In this document: piece after piece, positions 38,941 through 50,400 of the stretch | How positions within the stretch are numbered: position 1 is the first letter of the stretch | Layout: the number at the start of each line of letters is the position of its first letter | Assembly (NCBI GenBank): GCA_905178155.1 | Contig: CAJINV010000003.1 | Coordinates: 3,608,370 to 3,672,369 of the forward strand | Length of the DNA stretch: 64,000 nucleotides | Direction of reading: 5' to 3' | Source of the DNA: Amoebophrya sp. A120 | Lineage: Eukaryota; Protista; Dinoflagellata | Notes under the pieces: model-generated | Told to the model about the DNA's origin: nothing | What the model saw: only the letters and a program-made list of their open reading frames with translations | Databases searched by the model: none | Translations under genes and position numbers: made by a program

Positions 38941-40105
38941 GCCCGTGGCCTGCCGCGGCACCTCTGTCACGGTGGATCCGGTGTACGTAGCGCCACTTGT
39001 TCTTCTGCCGTTGCAGGTGCGCGCTTCTCAAAGCCGCATGTCCCTTTGTTTCTAGATTTCAGGCAAAGCTGGGCCGCTTTTTGCGAAAGTTTCCTTGGCG
39101 CTTGCCCCTTGTGTGGATGGTCTATAGTGTGCGTAGGAATTGCTTCCTACACATTCACAAAATAAATATAAAATTTCTTTAGACGGGTTCCGTTTCTAAC
39201 ACGAGCACTTACATAATCGAAAAATTGATGGAGGTGCTGGGTGGGTAGTGTCAGTGGGAAATACTTACAGGGCTTGTATCTATTAAAGTCATACAGCACT
39301 AAGAGGTATCTATTCAATGGGTTTTATCGGGCGAGAGAAAACAACAGAACGACTAGCTAGTTATGTGGAGCCTGGTATAGTTGATTTCCTGTATGAAAAA
39401 GATTAAGTTTTGCATCGATTCTAACTGGCTGGAACGATGTTATTCCCAAGAAGAACTACTATTGCCGTCCAACTGGTCACAGTACAACAACTTTGAGCGA
39501 GTGGTAGAACGTCGTTCATGCGAAATCGTGAGCAAGGCAATTTTACGAACCTGAGAGCCATGAAACACTATTGTATCACGTTCCTACGAGGTGGTCTTCA
39601 TCATCTGCTGATCAGTAAGTCTTTCGTGTTTATTGTCCTTATCGTTGGTTCTTGCAGGAGGTTCTTAGTGTCCTGTCCTTCACGTTCTTGTACTCGTTCA
39701 TTTTTTCATAACTTTCCAACCATAAGGTGGTGGTATTCATTTTTATTGCGTGCTTATCTTTGGTTACACAAGACGGCGCGCAAGGCGCCAGCAGCAAAAT
39801 ATCCTGGCAAATCACCCGCGGCATAGGCATTCTTCTTGCCACCTTCTAGGGATACAAATACAAACTCAGAACGGACTTCTCGTAGGGCAAGAACATAACT
39901 TACTATTCAAAAACTGATGCTGATCCTGTTCCTTGCACGATCCTTCTACGGCGATCCAGTGATATGATAGCAGTGCAGAGGAGTTTGGGGTCCTTTAGTA
40001 AGTACGGCGTGACAATTCACGGAGGTGTGGGCGACCCTCCTTCTTCATAGTACACAAAACTTCTGCATCCGGACGGAGGCGGCTGATCAGTGGATAATTC
40101 AAAAC

Positions 40106-43100
40106 CTACGTCCGGAAGATGCCGTATCTTCCGGCAACGGGATGCGACGCGTCTTCTTGCGCAGGAAGCGTTCTCGAGACGATCCGAAGCGCCTGCCCCA
40201 GCACTTTCCGGGTATCCTCCACCTGGATGACCCCGTCGTCCCAGAGCCGCGCGGTGGCAAAATAGGGACTGCCCTCCTCTTCGTACTTGTCCAAAATGGG
40301 TTTTTCGAACTCTTCCTTTTCGGCGTCCGACATGGCCGCTGCGGAGCCCCCTTTCTTGGTCAGCTGCTCGTTGCGCACGGTGGAAAGCACGGAGGCCGCC
40401 TGGGGGCCGCCCATGACGGAAATGCGCGAGTTTGGCCAGGAAAACAGAAACCGCGGATCGTAGGCCCGGCCACACATCCCGTAGTTCCCCGCACCGTGGG
40501 ACCCGCCGAACAGCAGCGTGATTTTCGGCACATCCACGCAACTCACCGCCGTGACCATCTTGGCCCCGTTCTTCGCAATGCCCTCGTTTTCCAGCTTCTG
40601 TCCCACCATGAAGCCCGTGATGTTTTGCAGAAACAGCAGGGGCACCTTCCGCTGCCCGCAGAGCTGGATGAAGTGCGTCGCCTTCAGGGCGGACTCCGAG
40701 AAAAGGATCCCGTTGTTCGCCACCACCCCGACGGGCATCCCAAAGATCCGCCCGAACCCAGTGACCAGGGAGGGCCCGAAGTTCGTTTTGAACTCGTGAA
40801 ACTCGCTGCCGTCCAGCACCCGAGCCAGCACTTCACGGACATCGAACGGGATGCGGTTGTCCTCCGGGATAATCGACAACAAATCCTCCATGGGGTATCG
40901 CGGCTCCTGTCGTGATGTAGTTGAGATGAAGGCAGCCTCAGCAATCGTTTTATTCGTATACGTACTCTTCCTCAAGAGCGAGGAGGAAAACAGGGCACAA
41001 GGGTAGTGCACTCTGTTACTCTTACTGTTTCATCAGTTGTGCACTACATACAAACACGAAACGCCACTTCTGCATTCCTAGACCCACAAAGCCAGCACAA
41101 CGAGAAAAAAAAACCCGAAAAACTAAGTCAGTACGACGATTCCGCCAATATTCCGGTGCGGCACTTTGTCATCGGGCGGCAGCGCGCCGATTATATCCCG
41201 AATCTTCTGCAACGCCGCGGGCTCGTCGAGCGCCATGTGATCCGCGACGCCGGACTTAGAAGTGTGCACTTCCGCACCCCCGAGATCCTCGGCACTAACC
41301 ACTTCTCCGAGCGCGGCCTTCACCAGTGGCGGCCCCGCGAGGAAAATGGTGCCATTTCCCTTCACAATCACGCTCTCGTCCGACATGGACGGCACGTAGG
41401 CTCCGCCAGCAGTACAACTTCCGAGCACTGCCGAAATCTGCGGAATACCCATCTGGCTCATGCGTGCCTGTCACGGAACTTGATGACTTTCACTTTTCGT
41501 TCACACAACAACAAAAAAATAACGATAAAGGATAAGCAGCGTCAAAGACCAGGCGCAGGAAAACAAACAAAAAGGAAAAAGTTCTCGTCGTGGATTGATA
41601 CCTGGTTGAAAAAGATCCTGCCGAAGTGTTCGCGGTCCGGAAAGACGTCGGCTTGCTTCGGCAGGAACGCGCCTCCACTGTCCACCAGGTACACACAAGG
41701 CAGACGGTTTTCTTGCGCGATCTGTTGCGCTCTCAGGTGCTTCTTGACGGTGATCGGAAAGTAGGTCCCCCCCTTCACGGTCGCGTCATTGGCAACAAAC
41801 ATGACCTCCCGCCCACAGACCAGACCTACCCCGGTGACCATGCTCCCACTCGGCAGGTCCCCGTCCACGTCGTTATACAGCGCTTCGCCACCTGCCAACG
41901 CCGACAGCTCCAGAAACTCCGTACCCGGATCCAGTACCGCTTCAATCCTTTCCCGGGGCAGCAACTTGCCGCGCTCCCGGTGCAACGCCACCGCTTTGGC
42001 GCCGCCCCCGGCGCGAACGTGCGTGAGTCGATCTTGCAAGTCAAGTTTCAAATCTGTGTTGCGCCCCTTGCGCTGCCGCGCCTTTTCGTCCTCCAACTTC
42101 GTCGCGGACCGCAGTTTCGGCAGAGTCGTTTCGTCCGGAAAAGCATACGCACCGTCGCCCCACGCTGCGGCCGCGCTTTCCTTATCGCTGTCCGTGCTCA
42201 CCAAACCCTGTCCGGCAGCGGCGCGCCTCTTGCCTACGGAGCCGGTTTCTGCTTCGCTCTCAGCTATGAAACGCAAAAGTAGATTCCTTGACACAACTCT
42301 ATCGCTACAAGAGAGCGCATGAGGCACAGGTAACCTGGCTGCACCTACAACGCTGCATTTACACGACTGAAGTCTTCTAGACTGCATAGATACAACTGAA
42401 ATACGTAGGGCTCTTCAAATTGAAATCTTCACTGCCAGTGTCAGAAAGGAGGAGCCTTGCAGGCCGCTTTATGTCGGTAATTGTTGTCAAGAATCTTCCC
42501 GCGTACCGTCTGCCAATTCCTCGTAACCCTCGACGATGGCAAGGACGTGGTCTGTGCTGACCTGGTCACCGGACTCGCAGTTCAATGCAACAATCTTGCC
42601 GCGCAGGTTCGACACGATATCCGTCTCGAGCTTCATGGCGCTCATCACCAGTATGGTGTCCCCCACCTCGACACTGTCTCCCACGTTCTTCTTAATTTCC
42701 AAAATGTTGCCCGTCATCGGTGTTGTGATTTTTTCTTGCACGAGCTTGTCACTGTACCTGCATCAGAGAGTGAATCGAAGACCTCGGGCAATAATGATGC
42801 ACTTGTCTATGAGAACAAACATCGGGGGCTTCCTCATCTACATCTAGAGAAAATCAATGCACAGCCGTCGAATAAAGATTCCAAGTTACCGCTTTTCTGG
42901 AGGCGCGGATACAGCTTTTGTTGCAGCCTTTTTCGCACCACCCGCTTTCGGAAGATCTAGCAATTCCGGATTTTCCGCTAGCAGGTCGGTACACATGGAG
43001 TTGTCGAGAAACTCCGGATGCTTGAGAATGCGCTGCAGAGCGGCCAAATTACTGTTCAACCCCCCGATTTTGAAGGACTGCAGGGCATCCAGCGTTTTGT

Positions 43101-44505
43101 CCACGGCTTGGGAAAAATCCGGAGCCGTGCAGATGAGCTTCCCGACGAGAGGGTCGTACATCTGATTGGGTTTCAAGCCCGCGAAAAAGCCAGCGGAATC
43201 GACGCGAACGCCCGGTCCCGTGGGCTCCTGGTATTCAGTAATGGTTTCACTGCCTCCCGGCATCATCGTCACGCGCCCCTGCAACGCGTAACGCTCTACG
43301 TGCAGCTTGTCCTGCTCGAGCCCCAGCTCGGGCAAGGAGATGCCGCTGGCCATCAGCAGTTGGGTCTGCACAATGTCCACCCCCGTCGCTTCTTCCGTAA
43401 TCGTGTGCTCCACTTGCACACGCGGATTCATCTCCATGAAGACAAATCGCGCGTTTGGGTCCGTCAGCGATCCGCGAACCAGGAATTCCACCGTACCCGC
43501 ACCCCGGTATCCAGACTGCAGCGCCAACTTTTTCGCGCACGCGGTCAGCTTCTCCCGCAGCTCGGGGTGGATGTCGCGCGCGGGTGCCATCTCCACCATT
43601 TTCTGATGCCTGTGCTGCACCGTGCAGTCCCGCTCAAACAGGTGCACCACGTTGCCGCGCCCGTCTGCCAGAATTTGCACCTCTAAATGTTTCGTCTTGT
43701 CCCAGAACTCTTCGATAAAGACCTCCCCCCGCCCGAACGCCGTGAGAGCCTCGCGCTGGCAGGTCTCAAAATTCGACTTCATTTCCTTCATCTCGCGCAC
43801 AATGCGCATTCCGCGGCCCCCGCCGCCGTAGGCCGCTTTCAGGATGGCCGGCAACTGAAACGTGCTTTTCTGCTTCGCCAGTTGCTCCGTCACCCACTGC
43901 TCGCACGCCTCGCCGGATTCCAGATTCGGACTGCCCCCAACCACCGGAACCTCGTGGTTGATCGCCAGCGTCCGCGCCGCCACCTTGTCCCCAAAAAGCC
44001 GTAGCACTTCTGCTCTCGGGCCTACCCAGGTTTTTTTCAGCGTGTCCGACTCCACGCCCTCGGCGAAATCCGCGGACTCGGAAAGGAATCCGTAGCCTGG
44101 GTGCACGTAGTCGCAGTTCTTTTCCCCGAGGACGTCCAGCAGCCCGGGAATGTTGAGGTAGGGCGCCACGGGGTTTTTGTTCCCGTCCGCCGGAAGTGGC
44201 AGCTCCACGGCCTCGTCTGCGTACCGAATGTGTGGTGAATCCTTGTCCTGCGGTGCGTACACTGCCACTGATTTCAGTCCGACCTCCTTGGCCCCCCGAG
44301 CGATGCGAATTGCAATCTCGCCGCGATTTGCGATCAGAACCTTACCAGGGCCCACATCCAAGTTGTAGCTGCGCACCGCGCTGCTGGAGGACGACGACGA
44401 GCTACTACTCGCTGCGGTTCTGGCGGGTTGGGCCGCGGCGGCGGGCGACGCGGCCACTGATGCGCCGCCGCGGACATGACGCAAAAGAGCGTGGACGCGG
44501 TGCAT
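40106..44505 (-). CDS. Single-chain biotin carboxylase-BCCP-carboxyltransferase (MCC-beta type) fusion, ~1220 aa, exons 44505-42890, 42757-42507, 42263-41602, 41467-41135, 40906-40106
   Basis: BC motifs [42 protein letters not shown]. Biotinylation motif AMKL. MCCB motifs [43 protein letters not shown] and C-terminal GIFR. Four GT-AG introns join all parts in phase (3663 nt). Confidence 0.88.
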
Positions 44506-44968
44506 GTTCTTTTATGCGACTGCGAACCTCAACCTCGCAGTGATGAGACTCGGTATCTTCCTCTGCCGGACGAGCGGGGGCGATCTTTGTATTTGCTTAA
44601 GTACAGGGGCGAAAAAAAGTATCCGCAGAGGATGGATTATTGAAGTGTAGTGCGAGAGACTGCAAATGCGATCTCTCAAATCGCTCGCAACAGTCTTCGC
44701 AATGAAGATTCTTTCGCGCTAGTAGCGGACAAAAAAAACAACACCAAGAGACTTTGCGCAGGCCATTCCCTCAATCACTTCAGTTTTCGTTTTCGCTAGC
44801 ACTTAAGAACCTTAATTAGGCAATTAGGCACCTTATCTCCTCTGCTGCAGAAGAGGCAGCAAAATTGTGGATCGCTTAACAGAAAACCAGTAGCCTCGGC
44901 CATACGTAGTGGTGGTTGGTTTTCATTTTACAATTCCCATGTTCATCTTCAGAGTCACTCTTCAGTTT

Positions 44969-45832
44969 CTAGAGAAATAGTTTCGCATTTTCGGCTCTGA
45001 GTCCCAGTGGCGGTTTTGGTAATGGATCGGTGGAATGATCAAGATCAAACCCGTCCTCATCGTCTACAACAGTTTGCTTAAACAGGGGCCCCGTCGGTTC
45101 GTCATTGACCGCAAACTCCGGATGGGCTTTCTTCTTCACCCGTGTCGCCTTCGAAAAGTGCAGCGGCGTTCTCTCCGTGATGGGCAGCACGCGATCCAAC
45201 TGCTCTTGCTCGTCGGTCGTCAGCTTTATGTGATTCCCCACACGCGGGTCGTTCCGGTCCTCGACTGCCGCACTTTGGGCGCTTGCTGGGTCCTCGCCGT
45301 CGTCGCCCCCCTGCTCTTCGTCCAGGATGTGTTTGTACTTTTCCATCAGGTGCCGCTTCATCCCACTGACGGTCAGCCTTTCCGGTTGCGCAGCAGCCAC
45401 GTCCCGCAGACGCACAAATCGTTCAAAATTGCCTTTCACACTGCGAATCCGGGCGTCAAGCAACTCTAGCGCTCGCTGCACCAGCGTCTGGTGCAGGCCC
45501 GCCAGTTCGCGCAGCCGCTGGATCGTGTTAGCGTCTTTCAGAATGAACCGGCACGCATCGGAAGACACTTTTTTGTGTGCGTCTTTCCATTTTTGACTTT
45601 TGTTTGCGTCTTTGCCCCCCTCCTCGATGTCCGGATTGTCCACCTGGTCGTGCTCGTGCTCTTCGCAAAGCGCCCAGTCCTGCTTCATGCGGTCAATTTT
45701 TCGTGTGATCAGGGCGCCGTAGTCGGTTGCAATCAGCTTTTGGTCGAGCGCCAAATCCGCCACGTTCGCGATGCTTTGCATCCCCGACTTGATCGCAAAC
45801 AGTGCTCCATCGGCACCGGACATGGCGCTCAT
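44969..45832 (-). CDS. ING-family-like protein (N-terminal coiled coil, degenerate PHD region), 287 aa
   Basis: RLRELAGLHQTLVQRALELLDARIRSVKGNFERF resembles the ING N-terminal domain helix. The C-terminal DEPTGPLFKQ...GFD...LGL...KLF keeps ING-PHD spacing. The ORF is solid; the family assignment is by eye. Confidence 0.5.
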   Translation of the reverse strand: MSAMSGADGALFAIKSGMQSIANVADLALDQKLIATDYGALITRKIDRMKQDWALCEEHEHDQVDNPDIEEGGKDANKSQKWKDAHKKVSSDACRFILKDANTIQRLRELAGLHQTLVQRALELLDARIRSVKGNFERFVRLRDVAAAQPERLTVSGMKRHLMEKYKHILDEEQGGDDGEDPASAQSAAVEDRNDPRVGNHIKLTTDEQEQLDRVLPITERTPLHFSKATRVKKKAHPEFAVNDEPTGPLFKQTVVDDEDGFDLDHSTDPLPKPPLGLRAENAKLFL

Positions 45833-46312
45833 CCGTCAACCGTCAGGGTCCTCTCGTACTGTATTTCCGTCTTGCAGCAGGTGCGAAGGCCGCGAGTTTA
45901 CGCTGCCATTACATTTCGTTTTCGTTCAAGTTTTAACATAATCGTACACGTACACCAGTACCTCTCTGCTACACACATTTTAAGTGCGAGCACCTCGATT
46001 CTAACGTGTGGCCATTCATGTACTGACGAAACAAAAAAAAGTACACTTGGTCGACGACTTTCGTTGGTACTGCCGACAAATTCCGAAATCGACCAAGATC
46101 GCAAATACAGCGATACGACAACGAATCTAATTCCCGAATGAAGCCGAAGATTTTAGACGAGTTACGACTGCCACTTCGGCACGATGAAGATTCAGCCTGA
46201 CAGGAGATAGTACAACACGCAGTGATAGCGAATTCGACATCACTGCTCGTCCGGTAACCGTTGAAGCAGCCTTATGTTCTAAATGCGTCGCAAAACGTGA
46301 ATGTCGTAGTTG

Positions 46313-47848
46313 TTACATTTCAAACACGTCGTCTAGAGCCTGTGCCAAGGTCGCTTCCTCATTTGTCCTCATTACATTGGTGGCAGTTGCACCATTTGTG
46401 GGTGATATGTCAACATGATCGTCTGTATTTCCTGCTACTCCACCTTCCTCCTCCATTTCTTCGTCGCTGCTGCCGTAGTTGCTCAAATCGTCTACTGGAT
46501 ACCGGAGCAGGGCCGCGATTCCCGACAATGCCGCCAACTTTTCCCCCGTCACGTGCTGCGAACTGAAGACGACTACGGAGTCCTTCCGGCCATTCAGCGA
46601 GCGGCAGGAATCGACTAGGTTCACGTACTTTTGGCGTTCCTTCAGATCCGCTTTTTGCCGGAACAGCGCGTCCGTGACAAGGAGCTTCTGCACCGCGCCG
46701 TTCTGCAGCGCCACCGACACCTGGGCGGGTCCGTAACAGGCCCGGTCCGGGTCCTTCTGCAGTCGCTCGTAGAGCTCGTCCAGGGCCCGCACCTGCTCGC
46801 CCGCCTTCGTGCTGGCGATGCGCTTCGCAACGGCATCCTGCTCCAGCAGCTCCTGGAGGCCCTGCTTGTTCGCGGTGCTGCACGAAGCTTCGAAGAAAAT
46901 TTCGCTGATCTTCTTCACGCCGCCGTCGAGGTTGAGCGCCTCAATGTTCCTGCCGTTGTCCGCTTTCAGGTAGGCGAGAAATTCGGTTTTCAGGAACCCA
47001 GGCCCGGCGAGCACCACGCACTTGATGTTCTCGAAGTGGACGTGCAGTTTGATGCCCTCGACGATCTTTTCGTAGAACTTTTTCAGGGCCTTCGAGAAGT
47101 TGGCCTTCTCGAACCTCCGGTTTTTCGGTAAAAACACCTGCACCTTGAAGGCGACCTTGGCCAGCACGCCCGACAGAAAAAAAAACTGCGCCAGTCCCTG
47201 GGCCTGGTCCATCAGTAAAACGCAGGTGTCCGCCGCTTTTCGGATGTCCGAGGCCTCCTGCAAAATGTCCAGGTGAACCGTGTCCCAGCAATCCTTGTAA
47301 ATCGTCATTTTCTCGTTCAACTCGAGACTGATCGTGTGGTACGCGCCCAGCGCCACGTGCTCGTGTTGCTCGACGTTTTGCCCCGGAAACCGCAGCTCAT
47401 CGCCCTCCGCGTCGTACTCCGATTCCTTCGTAATCTCGATCGTGAGCCGAACCCGTCTTCGCTCTTTGCTCACTGTTCCGGTGGCTTGGGCTTTCTCGAT
47501 CTGTTGTACATAGAAGTTTAAATTTTCATAGCGGATTGTGGCAAAAAGCTGCATGATGTACCTCTGTCCGCCTGAGGTAGAAACGGAGCGAAGAGCGAAA
47601 ACACCACTAGAGGTAGGGGCAGCAGCACTCAGGACAAAAAGCTCCATGTTTACATTTTTGGAACTAGAGTAACACACTGTAAAGTAACCCGGGGCAGCAG
47701 TAAGTACCTTTCGCCACGTCTGGGCTGTGATGCGATCACCCACTGCAACCAGATTGTACAGGTGCCACATGTCCTCTGATTCCTCTGGAATGACGACGAC
47801 CGACCCAGCTGAGGTCGCCGCGTCGATGTTTTTCCGCAAGAGCTTCAT
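46313..47848 (-). CDS. PELO: Pelota/Dom34 ribosome-rescue factor, ~442 aa, exons 47848-47708 and 47500-46313
   Basis: MKLLRKNI...PEESEDMWHLYNL..GD, LGAYHTISLE, CVVLAGPGFLK, RACYG, LLVTDALFR, FSSQHVTGEKL...GIAALLRYP. A 207-nt GT-AG intron removes the non-homologous insert. Confidence 0.95.
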   Translation of the reverse strand: MKLLRKNIDAATSAGSVVVIPEESEDMWHLYNLVAVGDRITAQTWRKVLTAAPGYFTVCYSSSKNVNMELFVLSAAAPTSSGVFALRSVSTSGGQRYIMQLFATIRYENLNFYVQQIEKAQATGTVSKERRRVRLTIEITKESEYDAEGDELRFPGQNVEQHEHVALGAYHTISLELNEKMTIYKDCWDTVHLDILQEASDIRKAADTCVLLMDQAQGLAQFFFLSGVLAKVAFKVQVFLPKNRRFEKANFSKALKKFYEKIVEGIKLHVHFENIKCVVLAGPGFLKTEFLAYLKADNGRNIEALNLDGGVKKISEIFFEASCSTANKQGLQELLEQDAVAKRIASTKAGEQVRALDELYERLQKDPDRACYGPAQVSVALQNGAVQKLLVTDALFRQKADLKERQKYVNLVDSCRSLNGRKDSVVVFSSQHVTGEKLAALSGIAALLRYPVDDLSNYGSSDEEMEEEGGVAGNTDDHVDISPTNGATATNVMRTNEEATLAQALDDVFEM

Positions 47849-48496
47849 GCCTTGTCGGTATCGTCCATGTTAACTGAAACAGGAAATCGATAAATCGACT
47901 TACGTAAACTACCTTCTCGTTGCCCTCAGGCACAAGAGAGGGTGCGGCGCGTAAATGAAATCATAAAGGTTGTACAATGTTTTTACATAAACGAGCGAAT
48001 TCGTCATAGAAGTGCTTGTTACTCACTTACTTTAGCCGGGCTTCGGCCAGTTGCGCTCTTGTAATGCTCTGGATCGAATAGGAAGATGGAAAAAGCATCA
48101 TCGAAGGAATTTCTTCTTTTTTTAGGAACGGGATCTGCACGAGTCTCCTGATGATCTGCACCAAACCACGGCCATGAATGGCTCGCAGTAGTTACTGCTG
48201 CATAAGTAGAGCGATAGAGATGATCTAACAAATTCATACCGAGGCAGGTGGCGTTGCAAGAACAGCCTCTTCCAGACAGGCCTCTGCATTTCCATCCCAC
48301 GTCATGCTTCGAGGCACGTGACCGACAATTCTGCTCGAACACTCGCTTTTTTGGGCGCATGAAAAGACCATGTGTGTGCTGTGCTTACTTCGAATTTTCG
48401 GTGTGGTGATGCGCACGCGTTAGAAAATAGGCTTCTACTCGTTATATTACATCTAGATGATAATGCACCGTACATGTACAATTCTGCGCTTTATAC

Positions 48497-50002
48497 TCAT
48501 GTTCTCGGTGATCCTTGAGGCGAACTTTGCGACTGCAATCTCATCCACTCCCACCATTTTCTCTTCGCCATCTGGTCGCCGTCCACCGGCGCGGCGCCAC
48601 ATCCGCTGTAGTATCCAAGCCCTTCTTCCTTGCCCGTACTTTCTGAGTACGGGCGGCCGTAGCTCTGCATCATCTTCTTGTCGGCCGCCTGCAATGCGTT
48701 CGCGTCCTGACTCTCCGCCAGCGAGAGATCCGACAGGTTCAGCACGACTTTCGTTCCTGTCTCTGCGTACTCATTCGGCGGACGTGTTCCGCCTGCTGCG
48801 AGTGCGGTTTGTTCAGGAGCCCCCGTTGGCGCGGTCGGTCGTACGACCACCATCTTTTCAAAGTGGTGCTCGCGGTAGCAGGCGAGGCGCTGGCCGGATT
48901 TCTGGACTCTGTCGATAAAATCCGTGTGGTATTTGTCGTAGTCGATGTTGAACGTGTTTTTGAAGAACAGAAGCAACTCGGACACATCCCCCTCCGCGTC
49001 AAATTGCACTACTTGCAGGGGCTTGTTCATCCCTGCGTTGTTCCCGTTTGCTTCTCCCGCTTTTTTGCTGTCTTTAGAAGAAGGGATAGTGTCGTCTTTC
49101 TGCACGAGCTTGATGGACATGTTGACGCGAATCAAATTCTGCAGCACCACCGCGACGTAGTCGAGCCCGAAAAAGCGGTGCCAGTGCATGTGGTCCGCGG
49201 TGTGCAGGAGGTTCTGGTGAAACGGGAAAAACGGCAGACACGCCACCTGCAGGTGGAGCCAGTACTGGCTCGGCGGGTAGTTCAGGCCCATTATCACGTC
49301 CCGGCGCCAGTACTCCTCAAACAGCTGCCCCGAGGTGCTGGTGTTCGAAGCAGGTGTTGGGTCAGCACCGCCTTTGGGAGGATTGGGCGCGGCCACGTTG
49401 CGCCAGTAAAAGTCACGGAAGGCCTCGTCATTCCAGAAAGTGTCTTTCACCGCGAGCTTCGCATTGTGCCGCAGCTCGTTCAGCAACCGCAGCCCCTCCA
49501 GTGGCCGCTCGAACAGGTACCGAAAATCTGGCAGGTGGGCGAACGTCGGCACGCAGAGAAGGTGACAACAGGTGAGCGAGAGGAGATCGTCGAACACCAC
49601 GACGCGGTCGGTTTGTCGCCGGATCCCGATCTTCAGCGGGAACCGCTCGCATCTCTCCAGTCCCAACGCAAACCCGGCCAGCAAATTTTCCGTCTCTGTG
49701 ATGGGCACTTGTTGCAGGCTCGCGCCGCACGAGTTGCAATTTCGCATGGACTTCGCACAATTCTTCCCACATTTTGCGCAAACCTTCACTTCGTTGGTCA
49801 GCATTTTCAGCCTCGCGAGCGGAAACTTCTGTCCGTAGGAGACAATCGACGTACCCGGGTGCAGTGGCGTCTGGTTGAGATCGGGAGAGCCAACGGTCGG
49901 AAACACGTTTGGTTTCGCACCGGCGTAGTACCACCGCCCCACACCGCTGGAGCAGGTCTGCGAAAAGGCGCCATGCTGCAGGTTCAAGTTGTTCGGAAAC
50001 AT
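48497..50002 (-). CDS. HIT-superfamily (DcpS/aprataxin-like) protein with N-terminal zinc ribbon, 501 aa
   Basis: CAKC...CNSC zinc ribbon. VVVFDDLLSLTCCHLLCVP and GLNYPPSQYWLHLQ resemble the HIT motifs D..P.A..H.L..P and H.PPS..HLH.H. Confidence 0.6.
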   Translation of the reverse strand: MFPNNLNLQHGAFSQTCSSGVGRWYYAGAKPNVFPTVGSPDLNQTPLHPGTSIVSYGQKFPLARLKMLTNEVKVCAKCGKNCAKSMRNCNSCGASLQQVPITETENLLAGFALGLERCERFPLKIGIRRQTDRVVVFDDLLSLTCCHLLCVPTFAHLPDFRYLFERPLEGLRLLNELRHNAKLAVKDTFWNDEAFRDFYWRNVAAPNPPKGGADPTPASNTSTSGQLFEEYWRRDVIMGLNYPPSQYWLHLQVACLPFFPFHQNLLHTADHMHWHRFFGLDYVAVVLQNLIRVNMSIKLVQKDDTIPSSKDSKKAGEANGNNAGMNKPLQVVQFDAEGDVSELLLFFKNTFNIDYDKYHTDFIDRVQKSGQRLACYREHHFEKMVVVRPTAPTGAPEQTALAAGGTRPPNEYAETGTKVVLNLSDLSLAESQDANALQAADKKMMQSYGRPYSESTGKEEGLGYYSGCGAAPVDGDQMAKRKWWEWMRLQSQSSPQGSPRT

Positions 50003-50400
50003 TCTGCTGAGTATCCTCTTGATTACGACCTTAGATTTATTGATTCTCGAGGAGATTATTCATCGGGCAAAACGTGCTAGAACGGCCTCTCTCTGGAGAA
50101 ACAAGTAAGCCACAGTCTTTCGGTCTCGTACTTTTGACGCCACCGTATCTATTGATCGAAAGTTGAGATGAAGCAGAGTTGTCGCTGTTGCTCTGTCGCT
50201 GAAAGGAAAACACAGTTGTGGTATTCTAGCGAACAAAGATGGTTCTTGCCTTAAAACAAAAACAGATGATCCCTAAACATTCCAGAGATCAACTCAGGGC
50301 AAAGATGCACGCGAAAAAAAGTGCACAAGAATGATTGGCCGTGGCGTGCATCATGTGAATTTCCAGTACGTGGTGCCAGTCATGTCGATCGTCCAGCAAG

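Noticed and set aside
12521-50080. Long plus-strand ORFs (e.g. 12521-13603, 40025-40915, 48809-50080)
   Set aside because: They are antisense shadows of GC-rich minus-strand exons and carry no recognisable motifs.
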